A stretch of 64,000 bases of DNA from Eledone cirrhosa. Lineage: Eukaryota. Every line of letters starts with the position of its first letter. Position 1 is the first letter of the stretch. The position numbers and the translations under genes were made by a program. Under the pieces are notes generated by a model. That model searched no databases. It saw nothing but the letters and a program-made list of their open reading frames with translations, and was not told the origin of the DNA. The DNA lies in contig OZ024741.1 in NCBI GenBank assembly GCA_964016885.1, forward strand, positions 64,790,001 through 64,854,000, in the 5' to 3' direction. Shown in pieces: positions 42,520 through 55,554 of the stretch.

Positions 42520-43253
42520 TTTTATTGGTCACAGGGGACCAAAATATTGGGGACATCATTGAAGAGAAAACAATAAGGATAACAATGAAATTTATAATAA
42601 ATAGACATAACAATAGAAACAATAACAATAACGAATGTCAACAAGGACCAGTTCCCCAGTAGTGGGGAAAACTGTACTTCAGAGTAATTCCAGGGATAGA
42701 ACCCCACACAAAACCCTGGGATGCTCTGTTGCTTCATAGGCATTGAAAGTGCCCTCTCCCAGTTTCCTTCTTAGTCAGATTAGGTCCAGTCAGCCTCGTC
42801 AATCTCTCCACTCTCGCATATCTTTTATTAACACACGTCTCCCTTTACCCTTATCTTCCTCTTCAAGTGAAACTTGAAGAAATTGATGAGGGCTCGTCTC
42901 GAGAGGAAGATTCCTGCTCTCAATCCTTTTAGGTGAGTCCATCATACAGGTTCCTTTGCCATAGCTACTAGGCAGTTCAATTTTCATTATAGACCCAGCT
43001 TATATCCAGATCTGTTCAACACAAGCCCACAACTATGCAATACATGGCCACTGTGCGATATCATGCATAAACCATTTAGTTGTTCTACATGCATCTCGGT
43101 TAGGCATGACTGTCGACACACCTGTGCCTGTGGAGCTTGTCTCGAAGTGGAAGTGCTCCTCTGTAGCACTGCCGTGTCATGGTTTTTGGAAATTGTCCGT
43201 AATTCCCTACCTGCAAGTCCTCCAGAAGAGCCTGTTCAGATTGTCCTCGTCAA
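42520..43253 (-). mobile_element. Decayed L1/Tx1-clade LINE 3' region (zf-RVT-like)
   Basis: Minus frame QCYRGALPLRDKLHRHRCVDSHA*PRC matches the post-RT cysteine-rich region of L1/Tx1 ORF2. Confidence 0.5.
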
Positions 43254-43271
43254 CGCTCAGAGCCATAATAA

Positions 43272-43453
43272 TTGTTTCTACTTTTGGCACAAGGCCAGCA
43301 ATTACTCAGTGCATTACTGGTACTTTATTTTATCGACCCCGTAAGGATGAAAGGCAAAGTTAACCTCGGCGGGATTTGAACTCAGAATGGCAAGGGCCGT
43401 AACTATGCGTCAAAGCATGGCGTCCGACTCTCTACTGATACTGCCAATCCAAC
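43272..43453 (-). mobile_element. Same young SINE (other copies at about 573-790, 4012-4110, 4475-4652, 19095-19181, 24185-24378, 32165-32340, 32678-32866, 53283-53468, 56773-56966)
   Basis: Near-identical sequence of about 185 bp, recognisable by eye in both orientations. Confidence 0.9.
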
Positions 43454-44798
43454 CGCTCAGAGCCGTAATAATGGTTTCTGATTTAGGTACAAGGCCAACA
43501 ATTTTTGGGGGAGGGGGAAGTTGATTCAATCGACCCCAGTACGTTACTGGCCAGAGCCATAATAATAATGTTTTGATGGACCTTTTCTAGAACCACCAAT
43601 CTTACGAACCATCCTAGTCACAATGCCTGCTTGAGCTTATAACTTGATGTCTCTGGGTGAGACTTGGCATCAGCTCATACAAACACAAAGCAACACCCAA
43701 ACATCAAAATAATAATAGTAAGAGGGTAATTGAAGTGACAATTAAACCCAGTACATTAGGCACGTCACTCTTCATTCTGGAAAAAAAAAAACCCATGAAA
43801 ATTCTTAACCCTGCCATTACCATATTTCTAGTGGGAGACACTGACCATGATCTTCAAATCCTTTTGAAAATAATCAAGATTTTGGAAAATATAAGGACTA
43901 TGGTTTAGCAGAAAATATCTAAAAATGGGTTTATTAATTGAAATGTTTATTGTGGCTTTACTAGTGGATAGGTGGTGAAAATGTGTAGTAAATTAAAGTT
44001 GTTAATATAACATGATGCAGTCATAATGCTGTTTTGTACTTTTTATAGATGTCTTACTAAAGTGGCTTCATGCAGTTTAGTATCAAAAGGGTTAATTAAA
44101 ATGAGGCATGCAGTTAATCAGACAAAGCATGTTGAATCCTGTTGCTGTCCAGTCAGTTTTTATATGTCAAAGGGATATTTCTTTGTGGTGATGTGGTGAT
44201 GCGGTGTTGATGTAATGAAGAGGTACATTATTTAGTTAGTCCTAAATTGCTGTGACATTGGTATATAGAGCTATTATTACTGGGAGTTGGGTGTGATATT
44301 GAGTACACTACCACATTTTCTACACCTATCATTTTTAACCAATATTACATAACATTTAGTATAAAACATTTCTCTTTCGAATGAGCTAGTAAGGGAGCTT
44401 ATGTGGTCACTCGAATAGTTAGAAATAGCAGCCTAACCTTTCTAAAAGTGGAAGGAGACATTGAGTGTGTATAGTCTAGAATAAAAGAAACAACAAGATT
44501 GTCATCGTTGGAAAGTATTTCATTGTAATTCTGCTCAATTAATGTTGACCTGGGATAAACAACTACAAAAGACCAATGCAAGCTATGCAGACAAACATTA
44601 TAAACACACAGAAACCATATTAAGAAGTGCTGAGCAAATCTTTTTAATTATGAAAGTATGTTAGCATATGGTAAGCTACTACAATGCAGATTTAACTATA
44701 AAATAGTTGAACAAGTTGGGCGTATAAACCTCTAAACATGAACTAAGAACCAGGCTTGATGTTCTAACATTCAGCCATATAGAAAATAAGTATGTCAC

Positions 44799-45033
44799 TT
44801 AACCCTTTTCATACCAAACCACCCCTGGTTCTATACTACAGAAATATTTATTTTAAAGTGTTTATATTTATCAAAAAACCTTCCATCATAATTTATGCAA
44901 AAACTTTTGTTAAGTTATGCTCCAAATATCAGTTGAATAATAAAAAATTCAGTTATATTATTAAATTCCTCAAAATTCTTTGGAAAGCGTAGGCAATATC
45001 TTTCATTAGAAATATAGTAATGAAAAGGTTAAG
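44799..45033. mobile_element. piggyBac-like MITE of a second family (related copies at about 11729-11950, 20047, 23110-23266, 43805-44096 and ending 54036)
   Basis: TTAA-CCCTTTTCATACCAAAC ... GTAATGAAAAGG-TTAA termini recur in both orientations. Confidence 0.65.
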
Positions 45034-45263
45034 TCTAAGTAAACATTACAGCACTTTAAGGACTGGTGCTTTGCAGTATTTGTCATGAAATAGCATATTG
45101 GTCTATATTCTCTGATGATCTTGCTGGTATCAGTTAGATAACCGATGTTTAGCCCCATATTATTTCCAGAAAATACATACAGCATACACATTATTGCATA
45201 TGGTTGGGTGTGATTTGAATGGTATTCATAGCCACATTGAGAATCCTACATTAGGGTTCTCAT

Positions 45264-45355
45264 GATAGGTAAAAAACAAGATAGGTAAAAAACACGATAG
45301 GTAAAAAACAAGATAAGTAAAAAACAAGATAAGTAAAAAACAAGATAGGTAAAAG
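45264..45355. repeat. 16-bp tandem repeat gata(a/g)gtaaaaaacaa, about 5.5 copies
   Basis: Direct reading. Confidence 0.9.
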
Positions 45356-45790
45356 TGTACTATCCGAATACAATGAAATATCTGCAGTGGATTTAGAATG
45401 AAGGCTTTTGGGCTGATAATCAAGTGCCACACCCTAAAATCCTGTGATCCCAAATGCACTGATGTAATGGTAAGGGTGCTGTTCAGACATATGACATGAC
45501 TTGGGCATTAAACACCTTGCAGAGCCCATCACTCCCCACATGGAACACAGTCGATTTCTTCTAGAGAAACACAGAGTAAAGGCAAGAAAAGAGACTACAG
45601 AGGAAGAAATAAACCCAGTTTTGAACTGGTACATAATTTATAGACCCCAAAAAGATGAAAGACAAATTTGAATTCGATAGGATTTGAACTCTGCTAATTC
45701 ACCACCTCATCTTGCTGGAGTTGTTAAAATTTGAGATGCCTGTAATTCACAACTCCACACACAGAGACACATATATATTATTCAAAATAG

Positions 45791-46092
45791 TCTCATAATC
45801 AAAATATATACTTTATTATATATATTTCAAAGGTACTGTGTTGTTTTTTCATTATGTCCTTATCAGACAAAATATATGATTTGATATATGACATACCACT
45901 ACAGTCTTGACCGTAGCGGCATGTCATATATCAAATCATATATTTTGTCTGTTGAGGACGTACTGAAAAAAACAACACAGTACCTTTGAAATATATATAA
46001 TAAAGTATATATTTTGATTATGAGAATATTTTTCATTTGTTAATATTTTGAATAATATTAAAAACTCCAGGAAAACTTTTCTATTGAGTGCT
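45791..46092. repeat. Fold-back element (arms about 117 bp) with two core-mutated hammerheads and an ACTC..GAGTGCT tail
   Basis: Centre gtc-tt-gac at 45907/45908. Plus copy CTGTTGA-GGA-C-GTACTG..CAGTAC-C-TTT-GAAA; minus copy has CTGATAA. Confidence 0.85.
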
Positions 46093-46549
46093 TCTAATCT
46101 ATTGTAAAATTGTATTCATTGAGTAATCAACGAACCATACTAATCTTTGTTGTTTATATATATATATATATATAATAATAATAAAATGGATACTTAATTA
46201 AAGAGGTGGATTTTAAAGTTTATAATTGGAAAGAATTTCATTCAACATATGTACTAGCAAATTATGACAGATTAAGCAATACATATAAAAGCTAAACAAT
46301 TGATGTACACACACAATTGATAATTAATGTGAAGTCATATTGTTAAATCTGAAAGTAATGAGTACAAACGTTTGTATTCATATAAATACATATATACACA
46401 TCTTTCAATATGCAAATCATTTATACCAAAAATGATGTTTACATATTTATAATTTGCAATTTATTAATATTAAAATATACATTTCTCATACTGTTAATTT
46501 CTCATGATACACAATTCATTAATATTGAAAAATATACACCCTGTCTATT

Positions 46550-46586
<37 letters not shown>

Positions 46587-46618
46587 ATATTAATAAATGG
46601 AAACTATATTTATAAAAC

Positions 46619-46696
46619 CATATTTATTTCATTATACATATTTCAGGGATACCAAATTAAATTATGGTATGCCTTCATCAGACAAAATACAATATA
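46619..46696 (-). ncRNA. Mirror-image hammerhead motif in the left arm
   Basis: Exact reverse complement of 46831-46908. Confidence 0.75.
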
Positions 46697-46830
46697 TAAC
46701 AGTTTTACAAATAAGCTTTGACGTACCCTTTTAAAATGCGACCATTATTTTTGGAAGCCATCTGGATAGCTTCCAAAAATAATGGTCGCATTTTAAAAGG
46801 GTACGTCAAAGCTTATTTGTAAAACTGTTA

Positions 46831-46908
46831 TATATTGTATTTTGTCTGATGAAGGCATACCATAATTTAATTTGGTATCCCTGAAATATGTATAATGAAA
46901 TAAATATG
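46831..46908 (+). ncRNA. Type I hammerhead motif in the right arm of the 358-bp palindrome
   Basis: CTGATGA 46846-52; stem II AGG-C-ATACCA / TGGTAT-C-CCT; GAAA 46883-86; TATGTA-TA; stem I TATTTTGT/ATGAAATA with G-U pairs. Confidence 0.75.
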
Positions 46909-47034
46909 GTTTTATAAATATAGTTTCCATTTATTAATATCGTATATCTACTCCAAATACTTGTCGAGTGCTTTATATCAGTTATAAAAATATTTACTTG
47001 TTGTATCCCAACAATTTTAAATAGAACTTTTGCA

Positions 47035-47067
<33 letters not shown>

Positions 47068-47286
47068 GAGAAATATAGCTTTAACTTCAAGTTTCAAGCC
47101 ATTGCTTCATCAGGCCGCCATGAAGAAATAGCTCAAACTTCGAAGTCACTGTCATATTTCCCTTCAGAAAATGAATGTTACATTCTCACATGTATTGAGT
47201 GCTCCTTCAGTAAATGAATGTTTAAATAGACTGCTACTTAAAACACTCACTCCACTGTGTACACATCTACACTTGTGAGTGTGTGT

Positions 47287-47327
<41 letters not shown>

Positions 47328-47605
47328 AGTCCGGGCCCAACGGTTGAGCTCTTGCCGTTTGAACAGCTATACAAATATAATTCCTTCATTGCTACATGCA
47401 ATCTTTGTGTATACACAATTTTATTTAAATAAACACCAAATGCCAGTACAGCCAACAGTTCAATATACACACCCATCATATATTCACAAAATTCCTCAAC
47501 CCTGGCCCACAATATTCATTTCATTAACATCCATATATATACACCCTGCATACACTTTCTTGCTATGTGTTAGTAAAATCAAATACACAAATTTAACCAT
47601 CCATA

Positions 47606-47646
<41 letters not shown>

Positions 47647-48121
47647 GTTCGTGAAGGTATAGCTCAATATACAAGAATGCCATTACATTTCGGTCATGTG
47701 CAATATATACACTCGTGTGTACTGCACATGTACACAAATATATGATTTCCTTCGAATGAAACAGTTCTAGTCCTGTAGAAGCCATTTCTATATTAATATT
47801 GTAAATACTCTACTATGTATTGAGCACTTTACTGTGGCTACCCCCGGGACACACACACACACAGTATATATATAATCAGTATACAAGCGCTAAATATATG
47901 TGGCTCAGAAATTTGTGTACAGGCACACACAGGATTACATTCGTAAACACTAACACATGCGTTTTATATATATATATATATATAAATATATATATACCAT
48001 TTAGCTTATGGACAGATGTATTTTAAATATGTATTATTAAATACAGCCATTTACTGGTGATATGTCTATATAACACATTATTATAAGTATCCTCGACAAC
48101 GGATGAACACACACATACTAT

Positions 48122-48163
<42 letters not shown>

Positions 48164-48505
48164 GACACTTGCGACGGTGCCATATGTACGTACATTATAC
48201 ACAAATTTATACTACTACCATACATATTCGTATACAAATGTATAGCATGTGTGTAACACACATACATAAACCCACTTAAGATATACACATACTCCATTAC
48301 AGATGTGCGTGTCTACACACACATATATATATAAATAAATAAATAAATACATTCATTACACATGCAAAATATATTCATAGAAAATACTCGCACATAGATA
48401 TAAAATGTACATCAACAGACATTAACCCACAAAAGGCATATGTGTTAAGAAATAAGTAAATAAATAAATAAATACACATATCATTATACACTTATTTTTA
48501 CTTAC

Positions 48506-48548
48506 TTATTCTTAATTTCAAGCTACTGCTCTTCCGTTTCCGACTCAT
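48506..48548 (-). CDS. Candidate first coding exon of an unidentified spliced gene (MSRKRKSSSLKLRI + 1 nt)
   Basis: Minus strand reads cttcaaaATG AGT CGG AAA CGG AAG AGC AGT AGC TTG AAA TTA AGA ATA A|gtaagt: CAAA-ATG start context, GTAAGT donor, phase 1 matching the exon at 16773. Unspliced read-through stops two codons later. Confidence 0.6.
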
Positions 48549-49718
48549 TTTGAAGTATTTGAAAACGTCGACTATACCAGGTATCGACACCGTGTTGCAA
48601 TTTTACAATTTCAACTCAAAACGGAAGCAGTCAAATTAATGAATGTATATATATAAATATATGTGTGTGAATGACGGGTGTAGACAATAACCTTGCCTTA
48701 CATGTGTTAATGTAAATATGTATCATATAATGTGAGAGGGAGATGACTCTTTCGCTTAACCAGAGAGAGAGAAATATGGAATGAATAAATTTAGACAATA
48801 ATATTTTTCTGAGAGTTCAAAGAAGATAGTCCTTCGTGTAGGAAGAATTAGAAGGTATTTTTTGTTTGTTTGTTAGGGTTTAAGTGTGATGGGAGCGCGG
48901 CAGTCTGAGTGTTGACGAGATAGCGCCATGTCAGGAGAAGGTTGGGAAGAAAATGAAGAGTGAGACAGAAATAGTGAGGGAAGACTACTTCTTTGAGAGA
49001 GAGAGAGAGTGCGTTAGCAGACGATATGTTAGAAGAATTAAACAATAAAGACTACAGAATACAACCAATACTAGGAGCAGCTCTATACACACAACAAAAT
49101 AAATGTTGGCAATATATATACACGTGTGTGTCTATATATAAATAAATAAATGTTTTTGTTACGTAAAGTTTAATAGTTTTTATGAACGTTTTTGAAATAT
49201 ATATATAGAGATATCAATAAAATGATATTGTATGGTGTGTTTTCTGTTCTAGCAAATTCTATATATATGATATATTTGTGTGTTTAGATATATACTGACT
49301 GTATGTATAGTAGATTAAATGTCCGTGTGTATTTTGTTGCTAATTTACGGGAGTGGGTCTAGATACACACACACTTGCAAAGAAATTGTAGTCGGAGGGT
49401 AAAGTGAAACTACCATAGAGGAGTGATTGAGAGAGAGGCAGAGAAGGTGTGCTTGATGTAAGTATGAATTGAAAGACTACAGTCAAATTCTATCTTTTAT
49501 CCGTTCTCTATAGATTCATTCCCCATATCTGCTATATTATATTAACATCTGCCTATTACCCTCTCCAAATCTTTCTTTCTTGTTAATCTCTCTATCTTTT
49601 CATTTCTGTATCGTTATCTCTATGTCTATCTCCCTTCTCACTTAATGCTGAGTATTTCCTACTATTTATTTCATTTCTCTGACCAACAACAGCAGATCAC
49701 ATCGCACAGCTCCTCCAG

Positions 49719-49748
49719 GGAAAGACCCCACCCCAAAGGATTGCGTCA
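49719..49748 (-). promoter_or_regulatory. Candidate promoter motifs about 1.2 kb upstream of the ATG: TGACGCAA (CRE/C-EBP-like), GGGGTGGGG (Sp/KLF-like), GGGGTCTTTCC (kB-like)
   Basis: Three motifs cluster within 30 bp in a non-repeat, locally GC-richer patch. Motif match only. Confidence 0.3.
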
Positions 49749-50686
49749 CGGTTTCAAATCCTTCGCTCTATTCCAAATGGAGAAAAATAAATTCTTTAAA
49801 AAAAAATTGAATTTTTAAAAAAAAATGAAATGATATATTTTAGTTTTGTCTTAAGTAACAAACATCTCCAATACATTTATTTCGCTATTTTTGTTTGATA
49901 AATACAGTATTATTTTTAAAACACTGGGCGCACACACCATATTTCAGTTAAGTACACACGCTTGTTTTCTCATTGCTTTTCTTTTCAGTCACATAATTTT
50001 GCTTTAAAAATATTTTGATAATATACAAAAAGAAAACTAGTCTTCCATCACCTATCAACTTCGTGGATCTTTCTGGAATATCTTTTCTGTCAACTTCTTA
50101 TATCTGCTAATTTTATCAAAATATATTTACCTACATACACATTATGTTCGAATAAATTTTGCTTTAGTTAATTTGCTACACTTATAAGCTATTTCCATAG
50201 TATTCTGTCAAATATATTGCATCAGTTTTACCTCCTTTGCTCCATCTAGAATTAAAACTACTCACACTATCATACTTCGCGGAAGATAGATAGCTCATCA
50301 CTGCTAACAACTACATCCATGTTCTAAACACCCCAGGCCAATTTTCAGAATGTATGGCATAGCTAGAGCACAACAATTTTTTACACACAATTTCTATTTA
50401 CTTTCTTTTTCTTTTTAAAGTGTTGTTTGCAGTAATATGGTATGTGTCAATGTTCTCTATGGGTACGAACGGCTGTTTTGGATACAGACATTGAAAGTTT
50501 CATTATATGATGATTTTTATACTAACTGTTGTTTAATTGCAGCAAATACGATAATGAGTTCTTAGATAAGGTAACAACAGCACACACTTTTCTTGGCGAC
50601 GAGAAATAGGAAGTTGTGAAGTTTATTTATTTCCCACATATTGGCAGCATAAAAACACTTAAATATCTCAATTTGTATATATATTA

Positions 50687-50789
50687 CAGGGTTTCCCCCA
50701 AAATGTATGCACACTTCAACAGCGTTCTAATAAATATTGTCGCCTGTACAGGTAATCAAAGTGTGTATATATCTTTTGGGGACACCCTG
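50687..50789. mobile_element. Tc1/mariner-type MITE (relatives at about 42076-42175 and 56370-56465)
   Basis: TA|CAGGGTTTCCCCCAAAATGTATGCACAC ... GTGTGTATATATCTTTTGGGGACACCCTG. Confidence 0.7.
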
Positions 50790-52989
50790 TGTATGTATAT
50801 ATATATATATTCACATTCGCGAGGCACTAATAAGCCAACGAAACACTGATCAATACTATAGTGCTACCACTGCCTACAGCAATAAACTACACCAACCTGT
50901 GGTACTTAGTAAACTAACCAACAATTTACCTTGACTCGACCATTTAGGAGTTAAAAGAGGTTGCTCAAGCTGTTAGAAACAGCAGTTAGCTCTTCCTCAA
51001 ACCACACCTTACTTTCTTAAAAAGGAAAAGACAACGAATAACGCCCCCGTCATATTTGGAACGACTTTATAAGCCAACAGCAACTTACATAGCAAGGTTG
51101 ACTAGGCAGTTCAGCTTTCTTTGCCATATTGACCCGAGAAAGAAAAAGAGAGGGCAAAGCCTCTACGTAGTCGCATAACCTATTAAAGATAGCAGCCAAA
51201 TCTCCCTTAAATCACACCCTACTACTGTAAAAAAACATCACAATGGATAATGTAGCTCTGGATAATACAGTGTGAAAAGAAACAAAACAAAAATGGGACG
51301 ATCATGGTTGAAGCGCCCTTGATCAAAGGTCTGCTGAATTAGGGTTGGCCTGGAGTTGAAAGTGCTAATGTTTCATTATCCCAGCGACTCGACCGTTTTT
51401 TTTAAAATCAGAAATGACGAAGATAATATCGATTTATGACACTGACATATGGCAGAAAATATTTGAGAAGGACACGGTTAGTCCGGGGAAGATTTAAGGA
51501 AATCTTAGAATAGCACAAAACTTTGACGTAAGTGCCATGACCCAGAGTTTGGTATTTTCTCAGTCTGAGAAACATTTATAATGACAATTTAAAACATTTT
51601 ATTATTGTCTTAACCATGTTTTACCATGTGAGCGCATGTAGTGTTTGATACAGAGCGTACACAATTAGATCAGCGGACAGTTGTACGTTCTGGGCTAATT
51701 AGACCCCAGTACTTAATGAAATAGAATGTATGTGGTCGCTGGACCTATGGTATTTTTTTTTTCTTTTAACGTAAAGACGAATAATATAGTTTGAAAAGAC
51801 GGGATGGTCACAAACGAGAATGCTTGTGGTCATACTTTCTTTTTTTTAAAGTCTGGTTTGACCCGGAGCTAGATAACTTTTTTAAAAGGCAAATTAAAGG
51901 AAGAATTTACTGAAATAAACAAATTCTAAATTTTTTGTGGAATAATTTGTCTTGACTGGGCTCCGCCGATAAAATAGTAAGTGATAGTTGTATGCCTAAG
52001 CACGATACCTTTATCACAATGAGAGTAGCCGCCCGGAGATAGAAGGCGCCAGAGATCTCAACAGCGACTGACCCTCTTCGCAAAATAGCTGGTCTTGCTT
52101 CTAAATTGGAAACCTTTATTTTATCGAGTCAGTCGAGATTTAAATTAAAAGCGTAAACAAAGCTGCTAGATGTATAACTTCTGAAAGAGTTGTAAGGGCA
52201 CCGCAGTGCATTTTAAACCTGGCGGAGCACATTCCCTCTTCAGATCTGAACAAAGCCGATTTCTTCCAAAGAAAGAGAGAGAAACGGCCCCAGTACTGGG
52301 CTGGTACTTTTTTTTTAATCAACCTCATAAGGATTAAAGGCCAAGTTGACCTCAGTGGCATTTGAACTCAGAGCACAGAGAAAAGGAACGAATACCATGT
52401 CTTTTACCCGCTCGGCTAACGACTCAGCCTATTCGCTGCCTAGGTCACATATTTCGGGAAAATGATATACTCTGTTATATCGTTTCCAACACAGGCACAC
52501 GATTAAATCCACCACAGCAGTTGACTGGTACTTTGAGATTTGAACTCAGAATGCAAAGTCAGAAGAAATACAGCAGATATAGTTATCCGACACTCTCACG
52601 ACTCTGCCAACACGCCGTCCTTAATAACAAAGATTTGTAATTTGGGCACAATGCCAGCATATTTGGGGAAAGACAGGGAAAAGGTGATTAAATCAGTGCC
52701 AGTATTTGACTAATATTTTATATAATGAAAAGCAAAGATGACCAAAAGGATTTGAACTTAGAATGTAAAGAGCCATAACAAATACCGTGATGGCAGTTTA
52801 TCTGACACTATACCAATTCTGCCACTCCGCCACTAATCCTAATTTCTAACATATGTACACAATTCAAATATATATATATCGATCCCCAATATTGTATAAC
52901 TTTACCCATGTTGGATTCGAAAATAAAACACATTTCAATATCCTTTTGTTATAGTGATTCATCTTGAAACAAGATATGGTTTACAATGG

Positions 52990-53250
52990 CATTTCCAAAC
53001 AAGTGCGCACCGCCTCGTGGCCCCAGCAGACAGAATGAAGAAAACGTTACTCCAGAGATGTGTTGCAATAGCCATTCCAACTCGCGGGACTCGCTCCTGT
53101 GGGTGGCTAACTCCACCCCGATAGTAGTAAGTAGGGATGTGGTCTAGGAGCCAAAAAACGGCCAAAGTCACCACTACTACAGGTTCGACCACAAACCGAC
53201 CGATATTTCAACAGTTTGCCTTCTTCGGCCTGACAAACAGCGAAACTTAG
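52990..53250 (-). mobile_element. Third fragment of the CRE-like element
   Basis: Minus strand reads RELEWLLQHIS...FILSAGA, homologous to 33190-33300. Confidence 0.6.
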
Positions 53251-54744
53251 GGTAGTCGTCGAATACACCAGATTTATTTAATAATTGTTTATACTTTTGG
53301 CACCAGGCCAGCAATTATCCCAGTGCATTACTGGTACTTTATTTTATCGACCCCGTAAGGATGAAAGGCAAAGTTAACATCAGCGGGATTTGAACTCAGA
53401 TCATAAAGGGAGGTAACTCTATGCTTCAAAGCATGGCGCCCGACCCTCTACCGATACTGCCAATCCACATAACAACAACCATAGCAATAATAACTAGAAA
53501 AAACATCTTCCAATAAAAAAAGGGAAGGACATCATTGGATAAGCCCGTGCCAAAAAAAAAAAGACGAACTGGTCATGGAGCCATTCGACCAAGGCTGACT
53601 TGGAATTAAAATCCTCAACAATTAACCCAAACTAAACGAACGAAACAATAAGTGGTCGCATGGCATGCTAGAAATAGCAGGTAAAAAAACACAGCCCCTG
53701 ATTCTACGACTCCCCCACCAATCACATTTTAAAGGGTTCCTCTTCACATTAAAACCTTCCAATATAATTCAATATGCTATGTCAGTTGAATAATTAAGGG
53801 TGGTAGATTGGCAGAATTGGTAGAGCGTCTAATAGAATGTCATTAAGGCATTTGTTCTAGCTCTTTACATTCTAAGTTCAAATTCCACCCAGTAATAAAA
53901 TAAAGTACAAGTGAACGACAGAAGTTAATTTAAATGGAATGATTAATGATTTAAGTAAATCCTTCAAAATATTTCAGTAATTCATTCAGGTACAGTATCA
54001 GTGTATTTGATTAAAAATAAGGTAACGAAAGGGTTAATCTACTCGACCAACTAGAAAGCCTTTACAGTAGTAATCCGCCCTCTAATTTGTCAGAAATGCA
54101 ACAAATATCCTCTCACACCAGGAACATAGATGTAGCACTATTTTATTAGTAGTTCACTGCGCGTTCACATACACTTATACTGAGATATGATGGGTGTGTT
54201 GTGTTGTATAAATTTTATAGATACTGATCTACTATACATTTAGTACAGGGCCATTTTTTTACGTAATGGTAGTTATTTATGTATGTGTTTATTTCTTAAC
54301 TTTATTTATTTATAAAAAACAAACAGAAAACTGTGCATAAAAAGAGAATGTTAAGCATTACTCAAGTTAAATGACATGTATGCATGTATGGATCTGTAAC
54401 TGATTTCCTCCACAGAGAGAAAGACCCATTTAATGAATTTAGGTGTGCTTAAGTACAGGGCCACGTTGACCAGGGAACGAGGCATCTTCCTGCCAAAAAA
54501 TTTCTTACGATGAATTTTTACGAGTAAGGGGCCACATTTGTCCTAAATCCGGCACTGAATAGACCCCAGAACTGGACTGGTAATTTTTTTTTATCGATCT
54601 CAAAAGAATGAAAGGCAAAGTTGATTGCGACGGGATTTGAACTCAGAGCGTAGAGATCCGGAACGAATACTACAAAGCATTCTATCAGACGTTCTAACGA
54701 GCCTGCTAATTTGACGCCTTGAATGACAAATACTGGGGGGGGGG

Positions 54745-55376
54745 GGCATGCGCAAGGAAGGAAAACGTTGTGGGGAAGAAGGACTGGAGGGTTGGACACA
54801 ATATAGATAATGAGAGGAGGAGACGAGTGAGAAGTGAAGGTTGCATGAGATCAGCCAACCCTAGGAGCAGAAATAATTGTAGTACAGTAGAGAAGAGACA
54901 AAACGTCTGCGGATCCGAAGTTAGAGCGTGTCTGTCAGTGGCTTGATACAAATCAGACAACTGTTTTATTATAAACCTAGCGGAACCCGTCCACTCTCGA
55001 AGCCAGGTTTCTTCTTGAGAGAAAGGAAGTGAGATATCGAGGAAGAATCGATCCCAGTTGAAGCAAGTACTCCATTCTGGGTTTTACCCGAGCTTTGTAA
55101 ATAATCAAACGTTGTTCGGTGCTGAAGCATTTGTGGGGGTGGGTGGTGAGAGGGATCTAACTGCATGGTGTTCAGGTCTAAGAGTGGAAAGGCACAGTGA
55201 TGTTTTCTTGGTATGAGTAGGGCTTCTGTGTTTTTGTCGTTGAATGAGATGAAATTAGACAGTCCACACTGGAGGACGCTCTAGAAGTCTTTGTTCATGG
55301 AGTTAGTGCAGATTTTGAGTAAGATCTCTAGGTTGCATGAGAAAGACGTTTGGATATGGAAAGTTAGGGAATAATA

Positions 55377-55380
<4 letters not shown>
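54745..55380 (-). mobile_element. Decayed jockey/CR1-like LINE, RT C-terminal region, interrupted by a SINE piece
   Basis: NFISFNDKNTEALLI, EQRLIIYKARVKPRMEY, YYNYFCS*.LADLM and QSFFP in broken frames. Confidence 0.6.
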
Positions 55381-55431
<51 letters not shown>

Positions 55432-55478
55432 TACGAAATGTTGTTAAGATAAGGTTACTTTTACATAATTGTTTTATT

Positions 55479-55554
55479 GCATAATATATATTTCAATGAC
55501 ATGGTTATACAATGGTTATATCATTAACAGTCTCCATGTGACATCATCAGATGC
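55479..55554 (-). ncRNA. Type I hammerhead motif
   Basis: GCAT-CTGATGA-TGT-C-ACATGG...CCATGT-C-ATT-GAAA-TATATA-TT-ATGC. Cleavage triplet AUU is suboptimal. Confidence 0.65.

Larger units (their letters stand above)
46585..46942. repeat. 358-bp near-perfect palindrome (178-bp arms, 2-nt loop, one mismatch seen)
   Basis: Centre ttggaagccatc-tg-gatagcttccaa at 46763/46764; arms symmetric with no indel. Confidence 0.95.
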
